Of a stretch of DNA of 64,000 bases, positions 28,578-39,180 are shown piece after piece. The stretch is from an uncultured bacterium (GTDB lineage: Bacteria; Acidobacteriota; HRBIN11; JAKEFK01). The translations under genes and the position numbers were made by a program. The notes beneath the pieces were generated by a model. The model saw nothing but the letters and a program-made list of their open reading frames with translations, searched no databases and was not told the origin of the DNA. Location of the stretch: assembly GCA_963777505.1 (NCBI GenBank), contig CAVZQN010000004.1, positions 864,001 to 928,000 on the forward strand, written 5' to 3'. Position 1 is the first letter of the stretch; each line of letters begins with the position of its first letter.

Positions 28578-30392
28578 TGGCTGATTATCAGCAGATTAAC
28601 CATGATGTGCTTGTCATTGGTGCGGGTGGTGCAGGTTTGCGTGCCGTGATCGAAGCTGCATCTGCAGGTGCCAAAGTTGGAGTGATTTGCAAATCACTTT
28701 TGGGAAAGGCTCATACAGTTATGGCGGAAGGTGGAATTGCTGCTGCGCTTGCAAACGTTGATGAACGGGACAATTGGAGTGTTCATTTTGCCGATACAAT
28801 GCGCGGCGGACAATACATCAACAATTGGAAAATGGCGGAGCTTCATGCGAAAGAAGCACCCGATCGCGTTAAGGAACTGGAAGCATGGGGAGCTCTTTTC
28901 GATCGAACGAATGATGGACGCATCCTTCAACGAAATTTTGGCGGACATAAATATCCGCGTCTTGCTCATGTAGGGGATCGTACTGGTCTTGAAATGATCC
29001 GTACTTTGCAAGATTACGCCATTCATCTCGGCATTGATGTTCATATGGAATGCACGGTGCTTAGACTGCTTCAAGATGGACAAGAGAGTCATTGGTGCCG
29101 TTGCGTATGAACGCGAGCGCGGACGCATCAAAGTTTTTCATGCCGGTGCTGTCATTCTTGCAACAGGCGGTGTCGGACGCGCTTACAAAATCACAAGTAA
29201 TAGCTGGGAATACACAGGCGATGGTCATGCACTTGCGTATCGCGCAGGTGCAGATTTGATGGATATGGAATTCGTGCAATTTCATCCAACAGGAATGGTG
29301 TGGCCTCCGAGTGTTATGGGAATTCTTGTCACGGAAGGAGTTCGTGGCGAAGGCGGTATTCTTTCAAATAAGGAAGGCCGGCGATTCATGTTTGATGACA
29401 TTCCGGAAAATTATAAACATCAAACGGCTGACACACCTGAAGAAGGCTGGCGTTATTGTCAGGGTGATAAAAACGCGAGACGTCCTCCCGAGTTGTTAAC
29501 GCGTGATCACGTTGCGCGATGTATCGTTCGCGAAATCAAGGAAGGCAAAGGAAGTCCGCATGGCGGAGTCTATCTTGATATTTCATGGATCAAAGAAAAA
29601 CTTCCGAATGCCGCAGAACATATTAAGAAAAAATTGCCAAGCATGTATCATCAATTTAAACAGCTTGCCGACATTGATATTACGCAGACAGCAATGGAAG
29701 TCGGGCCAACGACTCATTACATCATGGGTGGTATTCGTGTTGATGCAGAAACTGAGATGTCAACGCTTCCTGGATTATTCGCAGCAGGTGAGTGTGCTGC
29801 TGGAATCAATGGTGCCAACCGTCTTGGTGGAAATTCTCTTTCGGATTTACTTGTGTTTGGAAAACGTGCGGGTGAATTTGCTGCAAGATTTGCAAACGAA
29901 AATCCTCCAGGCAAAATCGATCCGCATCAAATTGAAGACGCAAAAACCATGGCGCTAAAGCCTTTTGAAACTTCTGGCGGCGAATCGCCTTACGCGATTC
30001 AACAGGATCTTCAAGAAACGATGCAGGATTTAGTTGGGATCGTTCGCAATGAAAAAGAAATGCTGGAAGCACTTAATCGGATCGGTGTTTATCAATCGCG
30101 AAAAGAAAAGGTGAGTGTTACCGGAAATATTGAATACAATCCCGGATGGCATACCGCACTCGATCTAAATAATCTCTTAATTGTTTCAGAAGCGATTACA
30201 CGTTCAGCCATTCAAAGGAAAGAAAGCCGCGGTGCACAATTCCGCGATGATTATCCTGAAAAAGATCCGCAATGGGGTAAGTACAATATTGTTATACGAA
30301 GAGGAACAAAGGGTGAGATGATTGTTGAACGCGTATCAATTCCTGAAATTCCAGGCGAGTTAAAACAGGTGATTGAGGAGAATCAGCAATAA
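28577..30392 (+). CDS. sdhA: succinate dehydrogenase/fumarate reductase flavoprotein subunit (frameshift near 29080)
   Basis: IGAGGAG, KAHTVMAEGG, QFHPTG, TEGVRGEGG, HYIMGG, GANRLGGNSL, ESRGA. Confidence 0.9.
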
Positions 30393-31129
30393 TGGAAGCA
30401 ACATTTCAGATCTGGCGCGGTCAGCGTGAATCGGGTCGTTTTGAGGAATACAAAACCGAAGTGGCTGAAGGAATGGTCGTTCTGGATGCGGTGCTCAAAA
30501 TTCAAGCTGAAAAGGCAAATGATCTGGCGGCACGTTGGAACTGCAAAGCAGGTAAATGTGGTTCCTGCTCCGCCGAAGTAAATGGAATTCCGCGATTGAT
30601 GTGTATGACACGAATGAATACTTTGCCGATGGATAGTCCAATTACTGTTGAGCCGATAAAAGCATTTCCCTCGATCAAAGATCTTGTTACGGATGTCTCA
30701 TGGAATTATGAAGTTAAGAAAAAGATTAAGAAGTTTAAGCCGAGACCGCCTGATGCTTCCGATGGAACGTGGCGGATTTTTCAGCCGGATGTAGATCGCG
30801 TTCAAGAGTTTCGTAAGTGCATTGAATGTTTTCTTTGTCAGGATGTTTGTCATGTGTTGCGTGATCATCATTTACATCAAGGATTTATTGGCCCAAGATT
30901 TCTGGTGTATGTTGCTGCCCTGGAAATGCATCCACTTGATACGGAAGACAGATTGGCCGAGTTGAAGAATCAACAAGGCATCGGCTATTGCAATATTACG
31001 AAATGCTGCACGAAGGTATGTCCGGAAAATATTACGATTACGGACAACGCAATCATTCCATTGAAAGAAAGAGTGGCTGATCAATTCTACGATCCACTCA
31101 AAAAGCTTTTACGCATTTTCAGAAAGTAG
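30392..31129 (+). CDS. sdhB: succinate dehydrogenase/fumarate reductase iron-sulfur subunit
   Basis: CKAGKCGSC, CIECFLCQDVC, CNITKCCTKVCP. Confidence 0.9.
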   Translation: MEATFQIWRGQRESGRFEEYKTEVAEGMVVLDAVLKIQAEKANDLAARWNCKAGKCGSCSAEVNGIPRLMCMTRMNTLPMDSPITVEPIKAFPSIKDLVTDVSWNYEVKKKIKKFKPRPPDASDGTWRIFQPDVDRVQEFRKCIECFLCQDVCHVLRDHHLHQGFIGPRFLVYVAALEMHPLDTEDRLAELKNQQGIGYCNITKCCTKVCPENITITDNAIIPLKERVADQFYDPLKKLLRIFRK

Positions 31130-31150
31130 GGGCGGGTCTAAGACCTGCCC
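31126..31150 (+). repeat. GTAG-type REP overlapping the sdhB stop codon
   Basis: GTAGGGGCGGGTCTAAGACCTGCCC. Confidence 0.8.
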
Positions 31151-31171
31151 GTATTTCCGCAAGGAGGCAGC

Positions 31172-31667
31172 ATGTTTAAATTGAAACCGATCGAAAAGAG
31201 TTCGATTCCCCGTGCGATTGAAAAAGCGGAACGCTACAGGCTTTTGAATGAACCTGTTGAAGCGGAGAGCATCTGCCGTGATGTTCTTGAAGTTGATTCA
31301 CACAAATCAAAAGGCACTTGTTGTTTTACTGCTTGCTTTAACAGATCAATTTGAAAAGGGAATCCCTGTAAGTGAAGCCCAATCGATTCTGCCCAGGTTG
31401 GGGCATGAATATAACAAGGCGTACTATGGCGGAATTATTTGTGAAAGAAGAGCAAAGGCTTTGCTAGAAATGGGATCGGTTGGATCTGCATTCGTTGCAT
31501 ATGATTGGTTTATGCAAGCAATCCGTTTGTATGAAAAAGCTGAAACGCTGCGTCCTCCTGAAAATGATGATGCAATTTTGCGCTGGAATACATGTGTGCG
31601 GATCCTTGAACGGAATCCCGAACTAAAACCATCATTTGATGACCGCGTCGAACTCCCTTTGGAGTAA
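31172..31667 (+). CDS. helical (TPR-like) hypothetical protein downstream of sdhB (frameshift near 31300)
   Basis: AAGGAGG RBS; KAERYRLLNEPVEAESIC continues in a shifted frame as NQKALVVLLLALTDQF...DDAILRWNTC. Confidence 0.7.
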
Positions 31668-31727
31668 GACGGGACCGCAGACGTCTGTCTGCTTAGGGTC
31701 GCGAAATCTGTCTGCATATGATAAATT

Positions 31728-32561
31728 ATGAGCAATACTACAATCTGGTTTTCTTCTGCTTTCTTCCATTTGTTTTGCACAAGACTCAACCGCAGCAATC
31801 TCTACTACGAAATGAAAGGCGACACCGGACCTGTGATCGTATTTTCCCATGGTGGTTTTGGTGATCGAAGAATGTGGGATGGTCAATTCGATGAATTCGC
31901 AAAGAAGTACCGTGTAATTCGATATGATCATCGCGGCTTTGGTAAATCTCCTGCTCCGGAGTCCGCATATTCACCAGTGCAAGATCTTGTGAATCTTCTA
32001 GACCAATTGAAAATTGATCGTGCTCATATTGTTGGAAATTCAATGGGCGGAAGTCTTGGGATCGATTTTACGCTTCTACATCCATCGCGCGTTATCAGTT
32101 TAACTGTCGTCGCTTCAGGTCCTAATGGAGTTCCTGTGCCGCAGGAAGATCAGGAAAAAATGAATGCAGTTTTCAAGACAGCTGCAGAGCAAGGCCTTGA
32201 AGCGGCCGGTCAAATGTGGGTCAAAAATCCGATGGTTGCAGTAACCGCCCGAATGCCTTCCACCGAACCTTTACTCAAAACTATGATTCATGACAATGCT
32301 TCGATTTTTAAGATGCGATTTTGGCCGATTGAGAAAATGGATCCTCCTGCAGCGAAACGTCTTGGCGAAATTAACACCCCGACTTTGATTGTTCTTGGCG
32401 GCAAAGATACAAAGTTGGTGAATCAATTAGGTGAAGTAGCAGCAACCGGCATCAAAGGAGCACGAAAGGAAATCATTCCTGAAGGTGATCATCTTCCCCA
32501 AATGGTCGACCCCGCCAAATTCAATTCTATCTTGCACAAATTCTTTGAGTCTTTGCGGTAA
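31728..32561 (+). CDS. alpha/beta hydrolase (N-terminus uncertain)
   Basis: HGG, YDHRGFGKS, GNSMGG, PTLIVLGGKD, His near the C-terminus. Confidence 0.85.
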   Translation: MSNTTIWFSSAFFHLFCTRLNRSNLYYEMKGDTGPVIVFSHGGFGDRRMWDGQFDEFAKKYRVIRYDHRGFGKSPAPESAYSPVQDLVNLLDQLKIDRAHIVGNSMGGSLGIDFTLLHPSRVISLTVVASGPNGVPVPQEDQEKMNAVFKTAAEQGLEAAGQMWVKNPMVAVTARMPSTEPLLKTMIHDNASIFKMRFWPIEKMDPPAAKRLGEINTPTLIVLGGKDTKLVNQLGEVAATGIKGARKEIIPEGDHLPQMVDPAKFNSILHKFFESLR

Positions 32562-32562
32562 A

Positions 32563-32602
32563 CTCTGCCATTTGGCATTATAATAGATACAATATGGCAG
32601 AG
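32563..32602 (+). promoter_or_regulatory. putative autoregulatory operator/promoter of the Xre-RES module
   Basis: CTCTGCCAT...ATGGCAGAG inverted repeat, nested TGCCATTTGGCA palindrome and TATAAT just upstream of the antitoxin. Confidence 0.45.
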
Positions 32603-32610
32603 GTCTTAAA

Positions 32611-33045
32611 ATGTATGCAAATGCTGGTGTGATTGAAGCTCTTGGTGGCTTTCGGATCTTGAAGCGCAAAGTTTCAAGTGACAATGAATTGCAAGAAATT
32701 ATTCGCTCAGGTTTACCGTATGCTTCTTTTCGTTATGTGATGCAGAAGCTTGGTTTGAAGAGCGCAGAAGCTTCGGCTGTTGTCAATCTTCCGATGCGGA
32801 CGATTGCAAGGCGCAAGAAAGAAAAGAAGTTGCGTCCGGATGAATCGGACCGCCTTGTTCGCGTCGCACGAATTGGCGCGATTGCTGAAGCTGTTTTGGG
32901 CAGTGAACAAAAAGCTGCAGCGTGGTTGCGTGAATCGAATCGCGCGTTGGGTGGGATTGCTCCGCTCGAAATTCTGGATACAGACATCGGTATCAAACAA
33001 GTGGAAGAAATCTTAGGACGGATTGAATACGGCGTTTATAGCTGA
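32611..33045 (+). CDS. Xre/MbcA/ParS-family antitoxin
   Basis: HTH region, ESDRLVR, WLRESNRALGGIAPLEILDT, GRIEYGVYS; TGATG coupling to the toxin. Confidence 0.9.
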   Translation: MYANAGVIEALGGFRILKRKVSSDNELQEIIRSGLPYASFRYVMQKLGLKSAEASAVVNLPMRTIARRKKEKKLRPDESDRLVRVARIGAIAEAVLGSEQKAAAWLRESNRALGGIAPLEILDTDIGIKQVEEILGRIEYGVYS

Positions 33046-33506
33046 TGCTGGCCTGGCGCATTGTTTCGAAACGCCGGCAGAATTCTGCCTATGATGGCGA
33101 AGGTGCCAGAAGATTTGGAGGCAGATGGAATCCACCCGGCCGGCGTGTTGTTTACACTTCTGCAACTCTGTCACTTGCGGCGCTTGAGTACTTCGTCCAT
33201 GTCAGCGTTCAAACGAAACCTGACGATCTTGTTTCCATCTCAATTGAAATTCCGCAGAATCTCACGATGGAACGGATCTCCGAATCCAGGCTTCCGAAGA
33301 ATTGGCGTATGTATCCCGCATTGCAACAGCTGCAAGTGATCGGTGAAAAGTGGTTGAAGAGTGGAAAGAGCGCTATTCTTGCTGTACCCTCCGCAATCAT
33401 TCCACAAGAGTTGAACTACTTGATCAATCCGGAACACTCCGACTTTGCGAAATGCAGAATTCATAAACCCCAGCCATTCGTATTAGATCCAAGAATGTTC
33501 AAGTAG
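33045..33506 (+). CDS. RES-domain toxin (NAD+ phosphorylase family)
   Basis: WRI, GEGA..GGRWN, YTS, LE, VPS, NYLINP. Confidence 0.9.
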   Translation: MLAWRIVSKRRQNSAYDGEGARRFGGRWNPPGRRVVYTSATLSLAALEYFVHVSVQTKPDDLVSISIEIPQNLTMERISESRLPKNWRMYPALQQLQVIGEKWLKSGKSAILAVPSAIIPQELNYLINPEHSDFAKCRIHKPQPFVLDPRMFK

Positions 33507-33568
33507 GGGCGGGTCTAAGACCCGCCCGCGATGTGTCACAAAATAACCTGGCGGGTCTTAAACCCGCC
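33503..33568 (+). repeat. GTAG-type REP doublet overlapping the RES stop codon
   Basis: GTAGGGGCGGGTCTAAGACCCGCCC ... GGCGGGTCTTAAACCCGCC. Confidence 0.8.
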
Positions 33569-33634
33569 TTGCCCAGGATGCTCAACCGGTATGATCAAAT
33601 CTGGCATTGGTAAGGATTTACCGCAGAGCCGGTT

Positions 33635-33744
33635 CGGAGCGCAGGCTTCCAGCCTGCATTACGGGCCGCGGACTTCCAGTCCGCAATTTTCGTGCAGGCA
33701 AGGATGCCTGCGGCCCGTAATGCGGACAAGATGTCCGCGCTCCG
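33635..33744. repeat. composite nested palindromic REP-like element (copy 2)
   Basis: Near-identical to 8440-8547. Confidence 0.85.
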
Positions 33745-33748
33745 TATG

Positions 33749-35491
33749 CTAGCGAGTTTTCAGGATGTCAGCTTTGCGGAGTGGGGCCAGTTTATGGCCC
33801 AGCTCCGTACTACGATCATAGTACGCAAAGGCCTTGGAAATTTCTCCGCGGTTGTAGAGGAATTCAGCCAGATTGAAGTATGTTTCGCCATCAGCATGGC
33901 CTGAATCGACCGCCTTTTGCAAAATCACTTCCGCTTCGTCTGCCTTGTCCTGGTAAAAATATACAGCGGCTAGTCCATTGTAAGGGGCTGCGGATGGATA
34001 ACCCGACTCAATCACTTTGACAAACATCGATTGAGCTTCCGGATAATTCTTTTTCTGCAGCAAGACTTCCCCATAACGCAAAAGCAATAATGGGTTGGAT
34101 GGATCAAGCTGCACAATTTCGTCATACGCCTTTGCGCGTTCTTCTAGCGACATCGGTTTCATTGTAAGTTCCGCAATCTGACGCGCCACGTCCACGCGAT
34201 CCTTTGGATCGGCACCATTCCAGTTGATCTTTTGTGGTGCGCTGGCAACATACCCAAGCGCGCGCAGCCGCTCCATTTCTTCTGCAGAAGGTGTATGTCC
34301 GGAATTTTCTGATTTGTTTCGAGTCAGCAATGCTTCCACCTTCGCTTTGTATTTCGCAGTCTGCTGTGAAGACGCGACGAGGTTTTGCATTTCTGAAGGA
34401 TCCGAATCAACTTTATACATCTCAGGTTTTGGTGCATGAATGTACTTGAACTGCGCATCTTGCAAACATGCCAGCGGACTCCACCCAAAATCGATTGCCG
34501 GAGCAAAGCTCTCCGAATAACTTTCGAGCGATTGAAGCTTTTTGCCTCGCATCAAACCAACGAGCGAAACTCCATCTGAATTTGAAGAAATCTTCCATTC
34601 CATGAGTTCCACAATTGTTGGAAAAATATCAATAATTCTAACGAGTTCTGTGTATCTTCCAGGCCGAATTCCTGGAGAAGAAATCATCAACGGGATTCTC
34701 AACGTCGTGTTGTAAACGAATAACGAATGGCTGACTTCACCATGTTCGCCAAATGCTTCCCCATGATCCGATGTAATCACTACCAGATCGTTACTCACTG
34801 CATTCCGTTTGTTTAGAAACTCAAAAAATTCTGCGAGTTGATGATCTGTATAAGCCACTTCTTGCTCATACGGTTTCAAATCCGAGTAGCCATGAGTTTC
34901 GTATGGATGATGCGGATCAAAAAGATGAAGCCACAGAAAGAAAGGCTTACTGCTGTTGCGTGTTGTCAGCCAGTTTTGCGCTGCAAGTCTGACCTGTTCT
35001 GCGTTCCGTTCCGGATATGAAAAGATTCCTGATTCCGTTTGCACTTTTTGAAAGGAATCATCGTAGTGATCGAAGCCTTGATTTAATCCATAGATCGCTG
35101 CAACTGGCGCGGCGCCAACAAATGCGCCTGTTTCAAATCCTGCTGAACGAGCTGTTTCCGAAAGTAGATTCAAAGATTGCGGTGCACGATAAACACCATT
35201 GTGTCTCACGCCATGAGATGGCGGATTTAGTCCTGTAAATAGCGAGACATGTGCAGTGAGTGTGATCGGTGCCGTTGTGAATGCTTTTTCAAATACCGCA
35301 CTGTTTTCGGCGAAACGTTGCATGAATGGAGTCGGTGTTTTGCTTCCATAAACTGACAATGCATCGGCACGAAGAGTATCAATTGTAATCAGAATGATAT
35401 TGCGCGGCTTGGAAGGAGTATTTTTGCAAAAACAGAGTGGCAGAATAAAACAAAGCAAAATTGCGATTGATAAATATTTATTGAGGTTCAA
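33749..35491 (-). CDS. exported sulfatase-like hydrolase with C-terminal TPRs
   Basis: ITIDTLRAD, TLTAHVSLFTG, FDPH, SDHGE; N-terminal signal; C-terminal TPRs; TTG start overlaps the upstream gene's stop. Confidence 0.8.
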   Translation of the reverse strand: MNLNKYLSIAILLCFILPLCFCKNTPSKPRNIILITIDTLRADALSVYGSKTPTPFMQRFAENSAVFEKAFTTAPITLTAHVSLFTGLNPPSHGVRHNGVYRAPQSLNLLSETARSAGFETGAFVGAAPVAAIYGLNQGFDHYDDSFQKVQTESGIFSYPERNAEQVRLAAQNWLTTRNSSKPFFLWLHLFDPHHPYETHGYSDLKPYEQEVAYTDHQLAEFFEFLNKRNAVSNDLVVITSDHGEAFGEHGEVSHSLFVYNTTLRIPLMISSPGIRPGRYTELVRIIDIFPTIVELMEWKISSNSDGVSLVGLMRGKKLQSLESYSESFAPAIDFGWSPLACLQDAQFKYIHAPKPEMYKVDSDPSEMQNLVASSQQTAKYKAKVEALLTRNKSENSGHTPSAEEMERLRALGYVASAPQKINWNGADPKDRVDVARQIAELTMKPMSLEERAKAYDEIVQLDPSNPLLLLRYGEVLLQKKNYPEAQSMFVKVIESGYPSAAPYNGLAAVYFYQDKADEAEVILQKAVDSGHADGETYFNLAEFLYNRGEISKAFAYYDRSTELGHKLAPLRKADILKTR

Positions 35492-38400
35492 AACGAGCCC
35501 TGAATGGTTCAGGCACGCTTGGCTGCCATAGATTCCAATGTTCGATCCAATCTTTGCGAAATTTATCATCCGTCCAGCCAAGATCCAAAAGCAATTTGTA
35601 GCATCGATGGATAACTTCATTTTGTTTCTGACGCAGTGCGGCATCAAGAACGACCATCACTTCGTTTGCAGAAACCGGAAGGCCCAGTAACTTTCGTTGT
35701 TCGACAACATAGATGCGCGACCTGGTTAGCCACATGCTTTGCCGGAATTGTGTTGCGGTTTTCTCAGCTTCCTGTGATTCGAGTAAGGCTTCATTGATTC
35801 TTCCAAGCCTTTGAAGCTGCATCGATGATAACAAATGCGAAGCGGTGATCAGATATGCGTGTTCCATTTTTGTTGCGATTGTACGCAATTCATCTTGCTT
35901 GGCGATCGATTTTGATTCTTGTGCTTCCAAGACAGCTGCGAATCCTTCAGCAGCCGTTTTCCAAAACAGATATTCTGATGATGGATTTTTCCCTTTATAT
36001 GATGTGCCGATTTTCCAGTGTTCCTTGGCTGCTTCAAGATCACTCAGGAGCCAGACAAAGGAAACCGAGCTTTAATTCTGCTTCCATGCATCCTGCTTCA
36101 TCCTGAATCTCATTACACAATTTCAACGATTCCGTTAACGAAGAGAGCGCTCCGGCATAGTCTCCTTGAAAGTAATAAATTGTTGCTTCCTGACGCTGCA
36201 ATTCACTGACGCGTTTTCGTAGATTTTTTTCTTCAGCAAGTTTTCTCGCTTTCACAGCCGCTGAAATTCCGGCATCAAGTTCGCCTGTAATCATCCGGTG
36301 TTGTGCTCGATTCTGAAGATAGTAGGTGAGTCCAAGGCTATGTCCGAGGTCCATATAAATTTTTCCGGCGCGTTCATTTAACTTGTCGGCAAGATCGTAA
36401 TTTGAGAGATCCAGTTCAAGCTCAGCTTGATTTACAGCACAGGCAGCAACGCCGAATGGATCTCCAATCTCTTGTGCGAGAGCAAAAGCATTCACGATGT
36501 TTTGTCTGGCTTCATGCATATTTCCCAGTACATGCCTGATGATGCTTATGTTCAACAGGCATTCGATCATGCCGGGTCTATCCCCACGCTTCTGAAAAAT
36601 TTCGAGTGCCTTTCGGAAATGCTGCAATGAGCTTTCATAATCACTGCGTTCCAAATGGATAATTCCTGCGCTGTTTAAATACTTGGCTTTTAGGCCGGAA
36701 TCTTGTTCTGCGCTTGTTAGTTCTATTGCTTGATTCATATACTCAAGCGCTTTTGAGTAATCACAAAGCCGCCAGAAATTTTTTCCAAGATTGTAAAAAC
36801 TCTGGCAGATTCCGGCGCGATAATTCTCTTCGCGGGAGATCTTTAATGCTCCATCTGCAAGCGCACGAGATCGATCAAAATCTTCCCGCTTATAATGCAC
36901 GCGGCTCAAATGGTTCATAGCATCGGCTTCCAGAACTTTGAACTCTCGCGGCTTTTTTAAACTCAACAGTTGTTCGTAACACAAAATTGCAGAATCCCAA
37001 CTTCCAAGCGCTTCAAGCGATAGACCCTTATAAGTATGAAGTTCAGCAAGCAATTGAGTGCCAGTGGCATCCACCATTTCTTTGTACTTCGAACATCTTT
37101 CAAAGTGCTGATATGCATCGCCATAAGCATGAATCTGGAGCGCTTTCTTGCCTGCTTCAAGTGAATATGCAAAAGCTTTCTGTATGATGCCTGCTTGCTC
37201 GAAATGATATGCGAGATCCTCAGCGAACAATCCAAGATTGTCTTGATGAAGCATCTCTAAAATTTCACCAACTTTGCGATGATACTTCTTGCGCTTAATC
37301 AGTCCCATCTCTTCATAAATCACATCGCGGATTTTGTTGTGCGTAAACGCAAAGCGGTCTTCAATTCCAGAATGGATTTCGCGGATGATCTGAAGTTTCG
37401 TCAGCTGTTCAAGCTGATCCAGCAGGTATCCCTCATTTTCTTCGATCAACTTAACCAGAATATGAAGATCGAATTCATAACCGATAATGGATGAAAAACC
37501 AAGAACACGTTGAAGTGCTTCACTTAAACGCCCAACGCGTCGCTGCACAAGAGCGCGGATGGAATAAGGCAGCGCCGATTTATCCGGCTTTCGCAGCTGC
37601 ACTTCATTTCCCGAACGCTGAATTGATCCTTCTTCAAGAAGCAGTTTCACAAGTTCTTCAATGTAAAATGGAATGCCTTCCGATTCATCATGAATCCATG
37701 ACTTGAATGAATCTGAAACAGTAAATCCCTTAAAAATCTCTTCGAGCATTAATCCGGATTCCTCGGGTTTTAATGCCTTCAGTTCGATCGTGTTGTAGAG
37801 ATTTTCGCGGCTCATGTTTTTAAGAGTCGCAGGAAGCGCGGGCTGTAATGATTCTTCATCACGAAATGTGGCGATCAGCAAAATTCTTTCATTTGGAATA
37901 TTGCGCGCAAGATAATGCAACAGACTTAACGTTGCTTCATCACTCCAATGAATATCTTCAAGCACCATGACAGTCGGAAGCTGTCTTGATAGGCCCTGTA
38001 GAAGTAGAAAGATGCTTTCGAGCAGGAAATATTTGTCGGAAGATTGTTTAGGCTGAAGCGGTTCCTTTTCAAATCGATCGAATTGAGGAACGAGGCCGAT
38101 TAATTCCCTGCGGTAATGTTCTTCGAGATTTTTATAGATATTTACTGTAGCGGGATCTTTCGCTTCGAATCCTTTTTTTAATGCGCTGCGGACCGGAGCG
38201 TACGAATGGATCAATGTTCCTTCAATGCATTGTCCAACAAGGATGTGAAAGTCACCTGTTCTTTGCCGCCGGGAAAATTGTCTGAGCAAACGTGATTTTC
38301 CAACGCCTGCTTGACCAACGATAAAAAGCAAACGTCCTTTTCCATTTTTGCAATCCGAAAAATGGGTTTGTAATGTGTTCCATTCGATTTGACGCCCGAT

Positions 38401-39039
38401 CAGGGATTCACAATGAACCTGAACCGGCCAATGGCCGACATTCTCTTTTTGATCTCGGATTATCTGACGTCCTGAACGAAAACAATTTCTGCCCGCTTCC
38501 TTGCTTGCATATAAAGCACGATCGGATAAGTGAAAAACTTCAGAAATAATCGTGCTGTCATCAGGAAAAATGCTGAAACCCATGCTCAGCGAAATGCTTT
38601 TCAAAGGAAGGTTTTCTTTGTCGTCCGCCAGGCATCCTGCGATTCGTGAAAGCAATACATCGCACAAGGCAGCGGTTTGACTTTCTCCACAATCGCGAAG
38701 CACTACAACAAATTCATCTCCGGCGTATCGGAATACCCATCCGCGGTCACGGAAAAAGTCTTTTAGCTCTTTCGCTACACGAATTAATGCAGCATCTCCA
38801 ACGGCATGTCCGTGTGTATCATTGATTTGTTTGAAGTGATCGATGTCTAGAATAAGAAGTGCAAACGGAGAATTTGTGGATTCGCTTTGTGTTTTTTGTT
38901 CTTCAACACAATGGCGGAAAAAACGTCGATTATACAGACCCGTCAAATCGTCTGTATAAAGAAGTGTACGGAGTTGTTCGACCTCTGTTGGCGCGCCTGG
39001 CCGCGGAGTTTGATCGAAGCGCGCGTCATCTACACCCAT
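35478..39039 (-). CDS. GGDEF - STAND/AAA ATPase - TPR protein (frameshift near 36055; joins ORFs 36040..39156 and 35478..35930)
   Basis: DDLTGLYNRR, DIDHFKQINDTHGH, RYAGDEF, LYASKEAGRN; Walker A GQAGVGKS; Walker B VLEDIHW; GIPFYIEE; FTHNKIRD; TPR array. Confidence 0.85.
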
Positions 39040-39180
39040 AGGACGCTTATATACCCTCTTCCCCAGTGTGCAACTATGCGCAAGCTTAACGTAACTTGCA
39101 TCCTCGTGCAAGGTATGGGCTTTGCGTCTTTGCGGTAAAATATAGCGCCATTTCACAGGATTGGTTACAATTGGAGCGGT

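Noticed and set aside
27772-31667. Programmed ribosomal frameshifting or true pseudogenisation of the sdh operon
   Set aside because: No slippery heptamers or stimulatory structures at the break points, no nonsense decay, and similar indels are scattered across unrelated genes
33531-33752. Short ORFs sharing GAQASSLHYGPRTSSP with 8273..8584
   Set aside because: The shared peptide is just the translated repeat element, not a protein family
38500-39039. Hypr-type GGDEF making 3',3'-cGAMP
   Set aside because: The specificity position is Asp (HAVGD), as in ordinary c-di-GMP synthases, not Ser
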